In this document: one piece after another, positions 50,468-64,000 of the stretch | How the letters are laid out: each line of letters opens with the position of its first letter | Position numbering within the stretch: position 1 is the first letter of the stretch | Origin: the human T2T-CHM13v2.0 reference genome, Homo sapiens | Assembly (NCBI RefSeq): GCF_009914755.1 | Contig: NC_060943.1 | Length of the DNA stretch: 64,000 nt | Direction: 5' to 3' (one strand) | Position numbers and translations under genes: made by a program | Notes under the pieces: model-generated | Told to the model about the DNA's origin: nothing | Database searches by the model: none | The model's input: only the letters and a program-made list of their open reading frames with translations

Positions 50468-53400
50468 CGTTCTCAGAAACTGCTTTGTGATGTGTGCATT
50501 CACCTCACAGAGTGGAACCGTTCTTTGGATAGAGCAGTTTTGAAACAGTCTTTCTCTAGTATCTGCAAGTGTTCATTTTGAGCGCTTTGAGGCCCATGAT
50601 GGAAAAGGAAATATTTTCACATAAAAACTAGACAGAAGCTTTCTCAGGAACTTCATTGAGATGTGTGCATTAAAGTAACTGAGTGGAATACGTCTTTTGA
50701 TAGAGCAGTATTGAAACACTTCTTTTGTAGAATCTGCCTGTGGATATCTGGAACTCTTTGAAGAATTCTTTGGAAACGGCTATCTTCACATAAAAAGTAG
50801 ACCCAAGCATTCACAGAACGTTCTTTGTGACATGTACATTGGACTCCCAGACTTGAACCTTTCTTTTGATAGAGCAGTGTTGGAACACACTTTTTGTAGA
50901 ATCTTCATGTGTTCGTTTGGAGTGCTCTGTTGCCTATGGTGGAAAAAGGAATATCTTCACCTAAAAACCAGACAGAAGCATTCTCAGAGACTGCTTTGTG
51001 ATGTGTGTGTTCAATTCGCAGAGTTGAAAGTTGCTTTTGATAGAGCAGTTTTGAAACACTGCTTTTGTAGAATCTGCTTGTTGCTATTGGGGGCTCTTTG
51101 AGGAATTTGTTGTAAACGGGATATCTTCACATACAAAGTAGACAGAGGCATTCTCAGAAACTGCTCTGTGATGTGTGCATTCAACTCACAGAGTTGAACC
51201 TTCCTTTTGCGAGAGCTGTTTTGAAGCAGTCTTTTTGTGGTATCTGCAATTGGATATTTGGATCGATTTGAGGCCTAAGATGGAAAAGGAAATATCTTCA
51301 CATACAAACTAGACAGAAGCATTCTCAGACACTGCGTTGTGATGTGTGCATTCAACTCACAGAGTTGAACCTTCCTTTTGAGAGCAGTTTTGAAACAGTC
51401 TTTTTGAAGTATCTGCAAGTGGATGTTTGGAGAGATTTGAGGCCTAAGATGGAAAAGGATATATCTTCACCTAAAAACTAGGCAGAAGCATTCTCAGAAA
51501 CTGCTTTGTGATGTGGGGATTCAACTCACAGGCTTGAAACTTTCTTTTGATAGAGCAGGGTTGAAACACACTTTTTGTAGAATCTGCAAGTGTTCATTTG
51601 GAGTGCTTTCTTGCCCATGGTGGAAAAAGAAATATCTTCACGTAAAAACTAGACAGAAACATTCTCAGAAAATACTTTGTGATGTGGTTGTTCAATTCAC
51701 AGGGTTGAACCTTTCTTTAGATAAAGCAGTTTTGAAACACTGCTTTTGTAGAATCTTCTTGTGGATATTTGGAGCTGTTTGAGGAATTCGTTTTAAACGG
51801 GATATCTTCACATTCAAACTAGTCAGAAGCATTCTCAGAAACTGGTTTGTGATGTGTGCATTCTACTCACAGAGTTGAACCTTCCTTTTGAGAGAGCAGT
51901 TTTGAAACAATCTTTTTGTATTCTCTACAAGTGGATACTTGGAGCAATGGGAGGACTAAGATTGAAAAGGAAATATCTTCACGGCCAAACTTGACAGAAG
52001 CTTTCTCAGAATCTGCTTTGTGATGTGTGCATTTACCTCACAGAGTGGAACCGTCCTTTTGATAGAGCAGTTCTGAAACAGTCTTTTTGTAGGATCTGCG
52101 AGTGTTCATTTTGGAGCGCTTTTAAGCCTTTGGCGGAAAAGGAAATATCTTCACAAAAAAACTAGACAGAGGCATGCTCAGGAACTTCACTGAGATGTGT
52201 GCATTCAAGTAACTGAGTTGAATCTGCCTTTTGATAGAGCAGAATTGAAACACTCCTTTTGTAGAATCTGCTTGTGGATATTTGGAACTCTTTCAGGAGT
52301 TCGTTGGCAGCTGGTATCTTCACAAAAAAAGGAGACCCAAGGATTCTCAAAAAGTTCCTTGAGATGTGTGCCTTAAACTCACAGACTTCAAACTTTCTTT
52401 TGAGAGATCAGTGTTGGAACACGCTTTTTGTAGAATCTGCAAGTGTTCATTTAGTGCGCTTTGTTGCCTATGGTGGAAAAAGAAATATCTTCAAATGAAA
52501 ACTAGACAGAAACATTCTCAGAAACTCCTTTGTGAAGTGTGTGTCAAATTCACAGAATTGAAATATTCCTTTGATAGCGCAGCTTTGAAACACCGCTTTT
52601 ATAGGATCTGCTTGTGGATATCTGGAGCTCTTTGAGGAATTTGTTGTAAACGGGATATCTTCACATACAAAGTAGACAGAAGCATTCTCAGAAACTGCTT
52701 TGTGATGTGTGCATTCCAATCACAGACTTCAACCTTTCTTTTGAAAGAGCAGTGTTCAAACACACATTTTGTAGGATGTGCAAGTGTTCACTTGGAGCGC
52801 TTTTTTGCCTATGGTGGAAAAAGAAATATCTTCACATAAATACTAGACAGAAGCATTCTCAGAAACGCCTTAGTGATGTGTTTGTTCTATTCAGAGAGTT
52901 GAACCTTTCTTTTGATAGAGCAGTTTTGATACACTGCTTCTGTAGAATCTGCTTGTGGATATTTGGAGCTCTTTGAGGAATTCGTTGTAAACGGGATATC
53001 TTCACATACAAACTAGACAGAAGCATTCTCAGAAACTGCTTTGTGGTGTGTGCATTCAACTCACAGAGTTGAACCTTCCTTCTGAGAGAGCAGTTTTTAA
53101 ACAGTCTCTTTGAAATATCTGCAAGTGGATATTTGGAGCGATGGGAAGTCTAAGTTTGAAAAGGAAATATCCTCACATACAAACTAGACAGAAGCAATCT
53201 CATTAACTGCTTTGCGATGTGTGCATTCAGCTCACAGAGTTGAACCTTCCTTTTGAGAGAGCAGTTTTGAAACAGTTTTTTGTAGTATCCTCAAGTGGAT
53301 ATATGGAGCGATGTGAGGCTTAAGATGGAAACGGGAATATCTTCACATGCAAACTAGAAAGAAGCATTCTCAGAAACTGCTTTGTGATGGGTGCATTCAA

Positions 53401-55239
53401 CTCAGAGACTTGAACATTTCTTTAGACGGAGCAGTGTTGAAACACACATATGCAGAATCTGCAAGAGTTCATTTGGAGCGCTTTGATGCCTATGGTGGAA
53501 AAAGAAATATCTTCACATAAAGACTAGAAAGAAGCGTTCTCCGAAACTCCTTTGTGATATATGTGTTCAGTTCACAGAGTTGAACCTTTCTTTTGATTGA
53601 GCAGTTTTGAAACACTGCTTTTCTAGAATCTGCTTTTGGATATTTGAAGCTCTTTGACGAATTCGCTGTCAATGTTATATCTTCACATACAAACTAGACA
53701 GAAGCATTCTGAGAAACTGCTTTTTGATGTGTGCATTCAACACACGGAGTTGAACCTTCCTTCTGAGAACAGTTTTGAAGCAGTCTTTTTGTGGTATCTG
53801 CAAGTCGATATTTGGAACGATTTGGGACCTATGAGGGAAAAGGAACTATCTTCACATACAAGCTAGACAGAAGCATACTCAGAAACTGCTTTGTGATGTG
53901 TGCATTCAACTCACAGAGTTGAGCCTTCCTTTTGAGAGAGAGGTTTTGAAACAGTCTTTTTGTAGTATATACAAGTGGATATTTTTAGTGATTTGAGGTC
54001 TAATATGGAAAAGGAAATACCTTCACCTACAAACTAGACAGAAGCATTCTCAGAAACTGCTTTGTGATGTGTGCATTAAACTTACAGACTTGAAACCTTA
54101 TTTTGATATAGCAGTGTTGAAACACACTTTTTATAGAACCTGCAAGTGTTCATTTGGAGAGCTTTGTTGCCTGTGGTGGAAAAAGAAATGTGTTCACATA
54201 CAAACTAGAAAGAAGCCTTCTCAGAAACTCCTTTGAGATGTTTGTGTCTAATTCACAAAGTTGAACCTTTCTTTTGATAGAGCAGATTTGAAACACTGCT
54301 TTTGTAGAATCTGCTTGCGTGTATTTGGAGGTCTTTGAGGAATTGGGCGTATACGGGATATCTTCACATACAAATTACACAGAAGCATTCTCAGAAACTG
54401 CTCTGTGATGTGTGCATTCAACTAACAGAGTTGAAACTTTCTTTGGAGAAAGCAGTTCTGAAACAGTCTTTTTGTAGTATCTGCAAGTGGATACTTGGAG
54501 CGATTTGAGGCCTATGATGGAAAAGGAAATATGTTCACTTACAAACTAGACAGAAGCATTCTCAGAAACTGCTTTGTGATGTGTGTGTTCAATTCACAGG
54601 GTTGACTCTTTCTTTTGATTGAGCAGTTTTGAACCACCTGTTTTGTAGAATCTGCTTGTGGATATTTGTAGCTCTTGGAGGAATTCTTTGTAAAAGGGAT
54701 ATCTTCACATACACACTAGTCAGAAGCATTCTCAGAAACTTCTTTGTGATGTGTGAATTGAACTCACAGAGTTGAACCTTCCTTTTGAGAGAGCCGTTTT
54801 GAAACAATCTTTTTGAAGTATCTTCAATTGGATGTTTGTAGTGATTTGAGGCCTAAGATGGAATAGGAAATATCTTCACATACAATCTAGACAGAAGCAC
54901 TCTCAGAAGCTGCTTGGTGATGTCTGCATTCAACTCACAGACTTGAACCCTTGTTTTGAAAGAGCAGTGTTGAAACACACATTTTGTACGATCTGCAAGT
55001 GTTCATTTGGAACGCTGTTGTGCCTATGGTGGATAAAGAAATAACTTCACATAAATACTAGAAAGTAGCATTCTCAGAAACTGCTTTGTGATGTGTGCAT
55101 TCAACTCACAGAGTTGCACCTTCCTTTTGAGAGAGAGGTTTTGAAACAGTCTTTTTGTAGTATCTGCAAGTGGATATTTTTAGTGATTTGAGGTCTAAGA
55201 TGGAAAAGGAAATACCTTCACATACAAACTAGACAGAAG
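50468..55239 (+). repeat. 28-monomer HOR variant (4,772 bp)
   Basis: m28 joins directly to m1 (GAAATACCTTCACATACAAACTAGACAGAAGCGTTCTC at ~55209-55246). Confidence 0.9.
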
Positions 55240-58200
55240 CGTTCTCAGAAACTGCTTTGTGATGTGTGCATTCACCTCACAGAGTGGAACCGTTCTTTGG
55301 ATAGAGCAGTTTTGAAACAGTCTTTCTCTAGTATCTGCAAGTGTTCATTTTGAGCGCTTTGAGGCCCATGATGGAAAAGGAAATATTTTCACATAAAAAC
55401 TAGACAGAAGCTTTCTCAGGAACTTCATTGAGATGTGTGCATTAAAGTAACTGAGTGGAATACGTCTTTTGATAGAGCAGTATTGAAACACTTCTTTTGT
55501 AGAATCTGCCTGTGGATATCTGGAACTCTTTGAAGAATTCTTTGGAAACGGCTATCTTCACATAAAAAGTAGACCCAAGCATTCACAGAACGTTCTTTGT
55601 GACATGTACATTGGACTCCCAGACTTGAAACTTTCTTTTGATAGAGCAGTGTTGGAACACACTTTTTGTAGAATCTTCATGTGTTCGTTTGGAGTGCTCT
55701 GTTGCCTATGGTGGAAAAAGGAATATCTTCACCTAAAAACCAGACAGAAGCATTCTCAGAGACTGCTTTGTGATGTGTGTGTTCAATTCGCAGAGTTGAA
55801 AGTTGCTTTTGATAGAGCAGTTTTGAAACACTGCTTTTGTAGAATCTGCTTGTTGCTATTGGGGGCTCTTTGAGGAATTTGTTGTAAACGGGATATCTTC
55901 ACATACAAAGTAGACAGAGGCATTCTCAGAAACTGCTCTGTGATGTGTGCATTCAACTCACAGAGTTGAACCTTCCTTTTGCGAGAGCTGTTTTGAAGCA
56001 GTCTTTTTGTGGTATCTGCAATTGGATATTTGGATCGATTTGAGGCCTAAGATGGAAAAGGAAATATCTTCACATACAAACTAGACAGAAGCATTCTCAG
56101 ACACTGCGTTGTGATGTGTGCATTCAACTCACAGAGTTGAACCTTCCTTTTGAGAGCAGTTTTGAAACAGTCTTTTTGAAGTATCTGCAAGTGGATGTTT
56201 GGAGAGATTTGAGGCCTAAGATGGAAAAGGATATATCTTCACCTAAAAACTAGGCAGAAGCATTCTCAGAAACTGCTTTGTGATGTGGGGATTCAACTCA
56301 CAGGCTTGAAACTTTCTTTTGATAGAGCAGGGTTCAAACACACTTTTTGTAGAATCTGCAAGTGTTCATTTGGAGTGCTTTCTTGCCCATGGTGGAAAAA
56401 GAAATATCTTCACGTAAAAACTAGACAGAAACATTCTCAGAAAATACTTTGTGATGTGGTTGTTCAATTCACAGGGTTGAACCTTTCTTTAGATAAAGCA
56501 GTTTTGAAACACTGCTTTTGTAGAATCTTCTTGTGGATATTTGGAGCTGTTTGAGGAATTCGTTTTAAACGGGATATCTTCACATTCAAACTAGTCAGAA
56601 GCATTCTCAGAAACTGGTTTGTGATGTGTGCATTCTACTCACAGAGTTGAACCTTCCTTTTGAGAGAGCAGTTTTGAAACAATCTTTTTGTATTCTCTAC
56701 AAGTGGATACTTGGAGCAATGGGAGGACTAAGATTGAAAAGGAAATATCTTCACGGCCAAACTTGACAGAAGCTTTCTCAGAATCTGCTTTGTGATGTGT
56801 GCATTTACCTCACAGAGTGGAACCGTCCTTTTGATAGAGCAGTTCTGAAACAGTCTTTTTGTAGGATCTGCGAGTGTTCATTTTGGAGCGCTTTTAAGCC
56901 TTTGGCGGAAAAGGAAATATCTTCACAAAAAAACTAGACAGAGGCATGCTCAGGAACTTCACTGAGATGTGTGCATTCAAGTAACTGAGTTGAATCTGCC
57001 TTTTGATAGAGCAGAATTGAAACACTCCTTTTGTAGAATCTGCTTGTGGATATTTGGAACTCTTTCAGGAGTTCGTTGGCAGCTGGTATCTTCACAAAAA
57101 AAGGAGACCCAAGGATTCTCAAAAAGTTCCTTGAGATGTGTGCCTTAAACTCACAGACTTCAAACTTTCTTTTGAGAGATCAGTGTTGGAACACGCTTTT
57201 TGTAGAATCTGCAAGTGTTCATTTAGTGCGCTTTGTTGCCTATGGTGGAAAAAGAAATATCTTCAAATGAAAACTAGACAGAAACATTCTCAGAAACTCC
57301 TTTGTGAAGTGTGTGTCAAATTCACAGAATTGAAATATTCCTTTGATAGCGCAGCTTTGAAACACCGCTTTTATAGGATCTGCTTGTGGATATCTGGAGC
57401 TCTTTGAGGAATTTGTTGTAAACGGGATATCTTCACATACAAAGTAGACAGAAGCATTCTCAGAAACTGCTTTGTGATGTGTGCATTCCAATCACAGACT
57501 TCAACCTTTCTTTTGAAAGAGCAGTGTTCAAACACACATTTTGTAGGATGTGCAAGTGTTCACTTGGAGCGCTTTTTTGCCTATGGTGGAAAAAGAAATA
57601 TCTTCACATAAATACTAGACAGAAGCATTCTCAGAAACGCCTTAGTGATGTGTTTGTTCTATTCAGAGAGTTGAACCTTTCTTTTGATAGAGCAGTTTTG
57701 ATACACTGCTTCTGTAGAATCTGCTTGTGGATATTTGGAGCTCTTTGAGGAATTCGTTGTAAACGGGATATCTTCACATACAAACTAGACAGAAGCATTC
57801 TCAGAAACTGCTTTGTGGTGTGTGCATTCAACTCACAGAGTTGAACCTTCCTTCTGAGAGAGCAGTTTTTAAACAGTCTCTTTGAAATATCTGCAAGTGG
57901 ATATTTGGAGCGATGGGAAGTCTAAGTTTGAAAAGGAAATATCCTCACATACAAACTAGACAGAAGCAATCTCATTAACTGCTTTGCGATGTGTGCATTC
58001 AGCTCACAGAGTTGAACCTTCCTTTTGAGAGAGCAGTTTTGAAACAGTTTTTTGTAGTATCCTCAAGTGGATATATGGAGCGATGTGAGGCTTAAGATGG
58101 AAACGGGAATATCTTCACATGCAAACTAGAAAGAAGCATTCTCAGAAACTGCTTTGTGATGGGTGCATTCAACTCAGAGACTTGAACATTTCTTTAGACG

Positions 58201-60694
58201 GAGCAGTGTTGAAACACACATATGCAGAATCTGCAAGAGTTCATTTGGAGCGCTTTGATGCCTATGGTGGAAAAAGAAATATCTTCACATAAAGACTAGA
58301 AAGAAGCGTTCTCCGAAACTCCTTTGTGATATATGTGTTCAGTTCACAGAGTTGAACCTTTCTTTTGATTGAGCAGTTTTGAAACACTGCTTTTCTAGAA
58401 TCTGCTTTTGGATATTTGAAGCTCTTTGACGAATTCACTGTCAATGTTATATCTTCACATACAAACTAGACAGAAGCATTCTCAGAAACTGCTTTTTGAT
58501 GTGTGCATTCAACACACGGAGTTGAACCTTCCTTCTGAGAACAGTTTTGAAGCAGTCTTTTTGTGGTATCTGCAAGTCGATATTTGGAACGATTTGGGAC
58601 CTATGAGGGAAAAGGAACTATCTTCACGTACAAGCTAGACAGAAGCATTCTCAGAAACTGCTTTGTGATGTGTGCATTCAACACACGGAGTTGAACCTTC
58701 CTTCTGAGAGAACGGTTTTCAAACAGTCTTTTTGTAGTATCTGCAAGTCGATATTTGGAACGATTTGAGGCCTATGAGGGAAAAGGAACTATCTTCACAT
58801 ACAAACTAGACAGAAGCATGCTCAGAAACTGCTGTGTGATGTGTGCATTCAACTCACAGAGTTGAACCTTCCTTTTGAGAGAGACGTTTTGAAACAGTCT
58901 TTTTGTAGTATGTACAGGTGGATATTTTTGGTGATTTGAGGTCTAAGATGGAAAAGGAAATACCTTCACCTACAAACTAGACAGAAGCATTCTCAGAAAC
59001 TGCTTTGTGATGTGTGCATTAAACTTACAGACTTGAAACCTTATTTTGATAGAGCAGTGTTGAAACACACTTTTTATAGAATCTGCAAGTGTTCATTTGG
59101 AGAGCTTTGTTGCCTGTGGTGGAAAAAGAAATGTGTTCACATACAAACTAGAAAGAAGCCTTCTCAGAAACTCCTTTGAGATGTTTGTGTCCAATTCACA
59201 AAGTTGAACCTTTCTTTTGATAGAGCAGATTTGAAACACTGCTTTTGTAGAATCTGCTTGCATGTATTTGGAGGTCTTTGAGGAATTGGGCGTATACGGG
59301 ATATCTTCACATACAAATTACACAGAAGCATTCTCAGAAACTGCTCTGTGATGTGTGCATTCCTCTCACAGAGTTGAAACTTTCTTTTGAGAAAGCTGTT
59401 CTGAAACAGTCTTTTTGTAGTATCTGCAAGTGGATATTTGGAGCGATTTGAGGCCTATGATGGAAAAGGAAATATGTTCACTTACAAACTAGACAGAAGC
59501 ATTCTCAGAAACTGCTTTGTGATGTGTGTGTTCAATTCACAGGGTTGACTCTTTCTTTTGATTGAGCAGTTTTGAACCACCTGTTTTGTAGAATCTGCTT
59601 GTGGATATTTGTAGCTCTTGGAGGAATTCTTTGTAAAAGGGATATCTTCACATACACACTAGTCAGAAGCATTCTCAGAAACTTCTTTGTGATGTGTGAA
59701 TTGAACTCACAGAGTTGAACCTTCCTTTTGAGAGAGCCGTTTTGAAACAATCTTTTTGAAGTATCTTCAATTGGATGTTTGTAGTGATTTGAGGCCTAAG
59801 ATGGAAGAGGAAATATCTTCACATACAATCTAGACAGAAGCACTCTCAGAAGCTGCTTGGTGATGTCTGCATTCAACTCACAGACTTGAACCCTTGTTTT
59901 GAAAGAGCAGTGTTGAAACACACATTTTGTACGATCTGCAAGTGTTCATTTGGAACGCTGTTGTGCCTATGGTGGATAAAGAAATATCTTCACATAAATA
60001 CTAGAAAGTAGCATTCTCAGAAACTGCTTTGTGATGTGTGCATTCAACTCACAGAGTTGAACCTTCCTTTTGAGAGAGAGGTTTTGAAACAGTCTTTTTG
60101 TAGTATCTGCAAGTGGATATTTTTAGTGATTTGAGGTCTAAGATGGAAAAGGAAATACCTTCACCTACAAACTAGACAGAAGCATTCTCAGAAACTGCTT
60201 TGTGATGTGTGCATTAAACTTACAGACTTGAAACTTTATTTTGATAGAGCAGTGTTGAAACACACTTTTTATAGAATCTGCAAGTGTTCATTTGGAGAGC
60301 TTTGTTGCCTGTGGTGGAAAAAGGAATATGTTCACCTAGAAACTAGAAAGAAGCCTTCTCAGAAACTCCTTTGAGATGTTTGTGTCCAATTCACAAAGTT
60401 GAACCTTTCTTTTGATAGAGCAGATTTGAAACACTGCTTTTGTAGAATCTGCTTGCGGATATTTGGCGGTCTTTTAGGAATTGGGCGTATACGGGAGATC
60501 TTCACATACAAGTTACACAGAAGCATTCTCAGAAACTGCTTTGTGATGTGTGCATTCAACTCACAGAGTTGCACCTTCCTTTTGAGAGAGAGGTTTTGAA
60601 ACAGTCTTTTTGTAGTATCTGCAAGTGGATATTTTTAGTGATTTGAGGTCTAAGATGGAAAAGGAAATACCTTCACCTACAAACTAGACAGAAG
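55240..60694 (+). repeat. 32-monomer HOR variant (5,455 bp)
   Basis: A second m20-type monomer starts at 58646, and the terminal monomer 60524-60694 is m28-like. Confidence 0.88.
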
Positions 60695-63600
60695 CGTTCT
60701 CAGAAACTGCTTTGTGATGTGTGCATTCACCTCACAGAGTGGAACCGTTCTTTGGATAGAGCAGTTTTGAAACAGTCTTTCTCTAGTATCTGCAAGTGTT
60801 CATTTTGAGCGCTTTGAGGCCCATGATGGAAAAGGAAATATTTTCACATAAAAACTAGACAGAAGCTTTCTCAGGAACTTCATTGAGATGTGTGCATTAA
60901 AGTAACTGAGTGGAATACGTCTTTTGATAGAGCAGTATTGAAACACTTCTTTTGTAGAATCTGCCTGTGGATATCTGGAACTCTTTGAAGAATTCTTTGG
61001 AAACGGCTATCTTCACATAAAAAGTAGACCCAAGCATTCACAGAACGTTCTTTGTGACATGTACATTGGACTCCCAGACTTGAAACTTTCTTTTGATAGA
61101 GCAGTGTTGGAACACACTTTTTGTAGAATCTTCATGTGTTCGTTTGGAGTGCTCTGTTGCCTATGGTGGAAAAAGGAATATCTTCACCTAAAAACCAGAC
61201 AGAAGCATTCTCAGAGACTGCTTTGTGATGTGTGTGTTCAATTCGCAGAGTTGAAAGTTGCTTTTGATAGAGCAGTTTTGAAACACTGCTTTTGTAGAAT
61301 CTGCTTGTTGCTATTGGGGGCTCTTTGAGGAATTTGTTGTAAACGGGATATCTTCACATACAAAGTAGACAGAGGCATTCTCAGAAACTGCTCTGTGATG
61401 TGTGCATTCAACTCACAGAGTTGAACCTTCCTTTTGCGAGAGCTGTTTTGAAGCAGTCTTTTTGTGGTATCTGCAATTGGATATTTGGATCGATTTGAGG
61501 CCTAAGATGGAAAAGGAAATATCTTCACATACAAACTAGACAGAAGCATTCTCAGACACTGCGTTGTGATGTGTGCATTCAACTCACAGAGTTGAACCTT
61601 CCTTTTGAGAGCAGTTTTGAAACAGTCTTTTTGAAGTATCTGCAAGTGGATGTTTGGAGAGATTTGAGGCCTAAGATGGAAAAGGATATATCTTCACCTA
61701 AAAACTAGGCAGAAGCATTCTCAGAAACTGCTTTGTGATGTGGGGATTCAACTCACAGGCTTGAAACTTTCTTTTGATAGAGCAGGGTTCAAACACACTT
61801 TTTGTAGAATCTGCAAGTGTTCATTTGGAGTGCTTTCTTGCCCATGGTGGAAAAAGAAATATCTTCATGTAAAAACTAGACAGAAACATTCTCAGAAAAT
61901 ACTTTGTGATGTGGTTGTTCAATTCACAGGGTTGAACCTTTCTTTAGATAAAGCAGTTTTGAAACACTGCTTTTGTAGAATCTTCTTGTGGATATTTGGA
62001 GCTGTTTGAGGAATTCGTTTTAAACGGGATATCTTCACATTCAAACTAGTCAGAAGCATTCTCAGAAACTGGTTTGTGATGTGTGCATTCTACTCACAGA
62101 GTTGAACCTTCCTTTTGAGAGAGCAGTTTTGAAACAATCTTTTTGTATTCTCTACAAGTGGATACTTGGAGCAATGGGAGGACTAAGATTGAAAAGGAAA
62201 TATCTTCACGGCCAAACTTGACAGAAGCTTTCTCAGAATCTGCTTTGTGATGTGTGCATTTACCTCACAGAGTGGAACCGTCCTTTTGATAGAGCAGTTC
62301 TGAAACAGTCTTTTTGTAGGATCTGCGAGTGTTCATTTTGGAGCGCTTTTAAGCCTTTGGCGGAAAAGGAAATATCTTCACAAAAAAACTAGACAGAGGC
62401 ATGCTCAGGAACTTCACTGAGATGTGTGCATTCAAGTAACTGAGTTGAATCTGCCTTTTGATAGAGCAGAATTGAAACACTCCTTTTGTAGAATCTGCTT
62501 GTGGATATTTGGAACTCTTTCAGGAGTTCGTTGGCAGCTGGTATCTTCACAAAAAAAGGAGACCCAAGGATTCTCAAAAAGTTCCTTGAGATGTGTGCCT
62601 TAAACTCACAGACTTCAAACTTTCTTTTGAGAGATCAGTGTTGGAACACGCTTTTTGTAGAATCTGCAAGTGTTCATTTAGTGCGCTTTGTTGCCTATGG
62701 TGGAAAAAGAAATATCTTCAAATGAAAACTAGACAGAAACATTCTCAGAAACTCCTTTGTGAAGTGTGTGTCAAATTCACAGAATTGAAATATTCCTTTG
62801 ATAGCGCAGCTTTGAAACACCGCTTTTATAGGATCTGCTTGTGGATATCTGGAGCTCTTTGAGGAATTTGTTGTAAACGGGATATCTTCACATACAAAGT
62901 AGACAGAAGCATTCTCAGAAACTGCTTTGTGATGTGTGCATTCCAATCACAGACTTCAACCTTTCTTTTGAAAGAGCAGTGTTCAAACACACATTTTGTA
63001 GGATGTGCAAGTGTTCACTTGGAGCGCTTTTTTGCCTATGGTGGAAAAAGAAATATCTTCACATAAATACTAGACAGAAGCATTCTCAGAAACGCCTTAG
63101 TGATGTGTTTGTTCTATTCAGAGAGTTGAACCTTTCTTTTGATAGAGCAGTTTTGATACACTGCTTCTGTAGAATCTGCTTGTGGATATTTGGAGCTCTT
63201 TGAGGAATTCGTTGTAAACGGGATATCTTCACATACAAACTAGACAGAAGCATTCTCAGAAACTGCTTTGTGGTGTGTGCATTCAACTCACAGAGTTGAA
63301 CCTTCCTTCTGAGAGAGCAGTTTTTAAACAGTCTCTTTGAAATATCTGCAAGTGGATATTTGGAGCGATGGGAAGTCTAAGTTTGAAAAGGAAATATCCT
63401 CACATACAAACTAGACAGAAGCAATCTCATTAACTGCTTTGCGATGTGTGCATTCAGCTCACAGAGTTGAACCTTCCTTTTGAGAGAGCAGTTTTGAAAC
63501 AGTTTTTTGTAGTATCCTCAAGTGGATATATGGAGCGATGTGAGGCTTAAGATGGAAACGGGAATATCTTCACATGCAAACTAGAAAGAAGCATTCTCAG

Positions 63601-64000
63601 AAACTGCTTTGTGATGGGTGCATTCAACTCAGAGACTTGAACATTTCTTTAGACGGAGCAGTGTTGAAACACACATATGCAGAATCTGCAAGAGTTCATT
63701 TGGAGCGCTTTGATGCCTATGGTGGAAAAAGAAATATCTTCACATAAAGACTAGAAAGAAGCGTTCTCCGAAACTCCTTTGTGATATATGTGTTCAGTTC
63801 ACAGAGTTGAACCTTTCTTTTGATTGAGCAGTTTTGAAACACTGCTTTTCTAGAATCTGCTTTTGGATATTTGAAGCTCTTTGACGAATTCACTGTCAAT
63901 GTTATATCTTCACATACAAACTAGACAGAAGCATTCTCAGAAACTGCTTTTTGATGTGTGCATTCAACACACGGAGTTGAACCTTCCTTCTGAGAACAGT
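60695..64000 (+). repeat. Partial HOR copy (m1-m20), array continues beyond window
   Basis: Near-identical to 55240-58545 at a 5,455-bp offset. Confidence 0.9.

Larger units (their letters stand above)
1..64000 (+). repeat. Alpha satellite tandem array (~171-bp monomers, roughly 370 copies), single orientation
   Basis: The canonical alphoid motifs CATTCTCAGAAACT(G/T)CTTTGTGATGTGTGCATTCAACTCACAGAGTTGAAC, GAGCAGTTTTGAAACAC and ATCTTCACATAAAAACTAGACAGAAG recur every ~170-171 bp throughout. The only interruption is ~1493-1975. Confidence 0.99.

Noticed and set aside
563-63899. Some 170 short ORFs (60-171 aa) with recurring motifs such as KHSQKLLCDVC, FCRIC and MFQNCSIKRKVQLCELN
   Set aside because: They are translations of the 171-bp (57-codon) satellite monomer, occur on both strands, break at random and have no gene structure. 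The Cys/His richness mimics zinc fingers but arises from TGTG/CAC repeats.
1-64000. CRISPR-like or phage/retron-like repeat-spacer system
   Set aside because: The whole monomer is repeated with no unique spacers, and there are no cas, RT or other genes. This is ordinary alphoid DNA.
9917-64000. Identification as Y-centromere DYZ3-type or SF3 (DXZ1/D17Z1) array
   Set aside because: A large HOR suggested Y, but B-type monomers with CENP-B cores are present, which DYZ3 lacks. Pentameric traces suggested SF3, but the A/B order and HOR sizes do not fit.
1-64000. Strand inversion of the satellite suggested by minus-strand ORFs
   Set aside because: Monomer motifs stay in the same orientation across the entire window.

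Overview
The whole window is primate (hominid-type) centromeric/pericentromeric alpha satellite: ~171-bp monomers in one orientation, with no protein-coding genes, RNA genes or CRISPR array. All listed ORFs are chance read-throughs of satellite monomers. It reads as a layered array edge in four parts. (1) 1-~6680: divergent, B-type-rich (SF5-like) alpha satellite with about 10 intact CENP-B boxes, remnants of a ~2.22-kb (13-monomer) period, and one ~490-bp non-alphoid insertion with hallmarks of L1-mediated retrotransposition. (2) ~6680-9916: a divergent transition zone of a different monomer family with pentamer/trimer substructure. (3) 9917-34958: a mosaic of 15-, 16- and 24-monomer deletion/duplication variants of one higher-order repeat (HOR), partly arranged as a 7,835-bp (46-mer) super-repeat. 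(4) 34959-64000: a homogeneous HOR array with units of 31, 31, 29, 28 and 32 monomers. Monomer labels m1-m31 below are my own, counted from 34959. I found no evidence of a new gene-based system. The most interesting signals are the orphan insertion and the readable record of HOR evolution. Species, chromosome and suprachromosomal-family assignments are inferences made by eye and need alignment.
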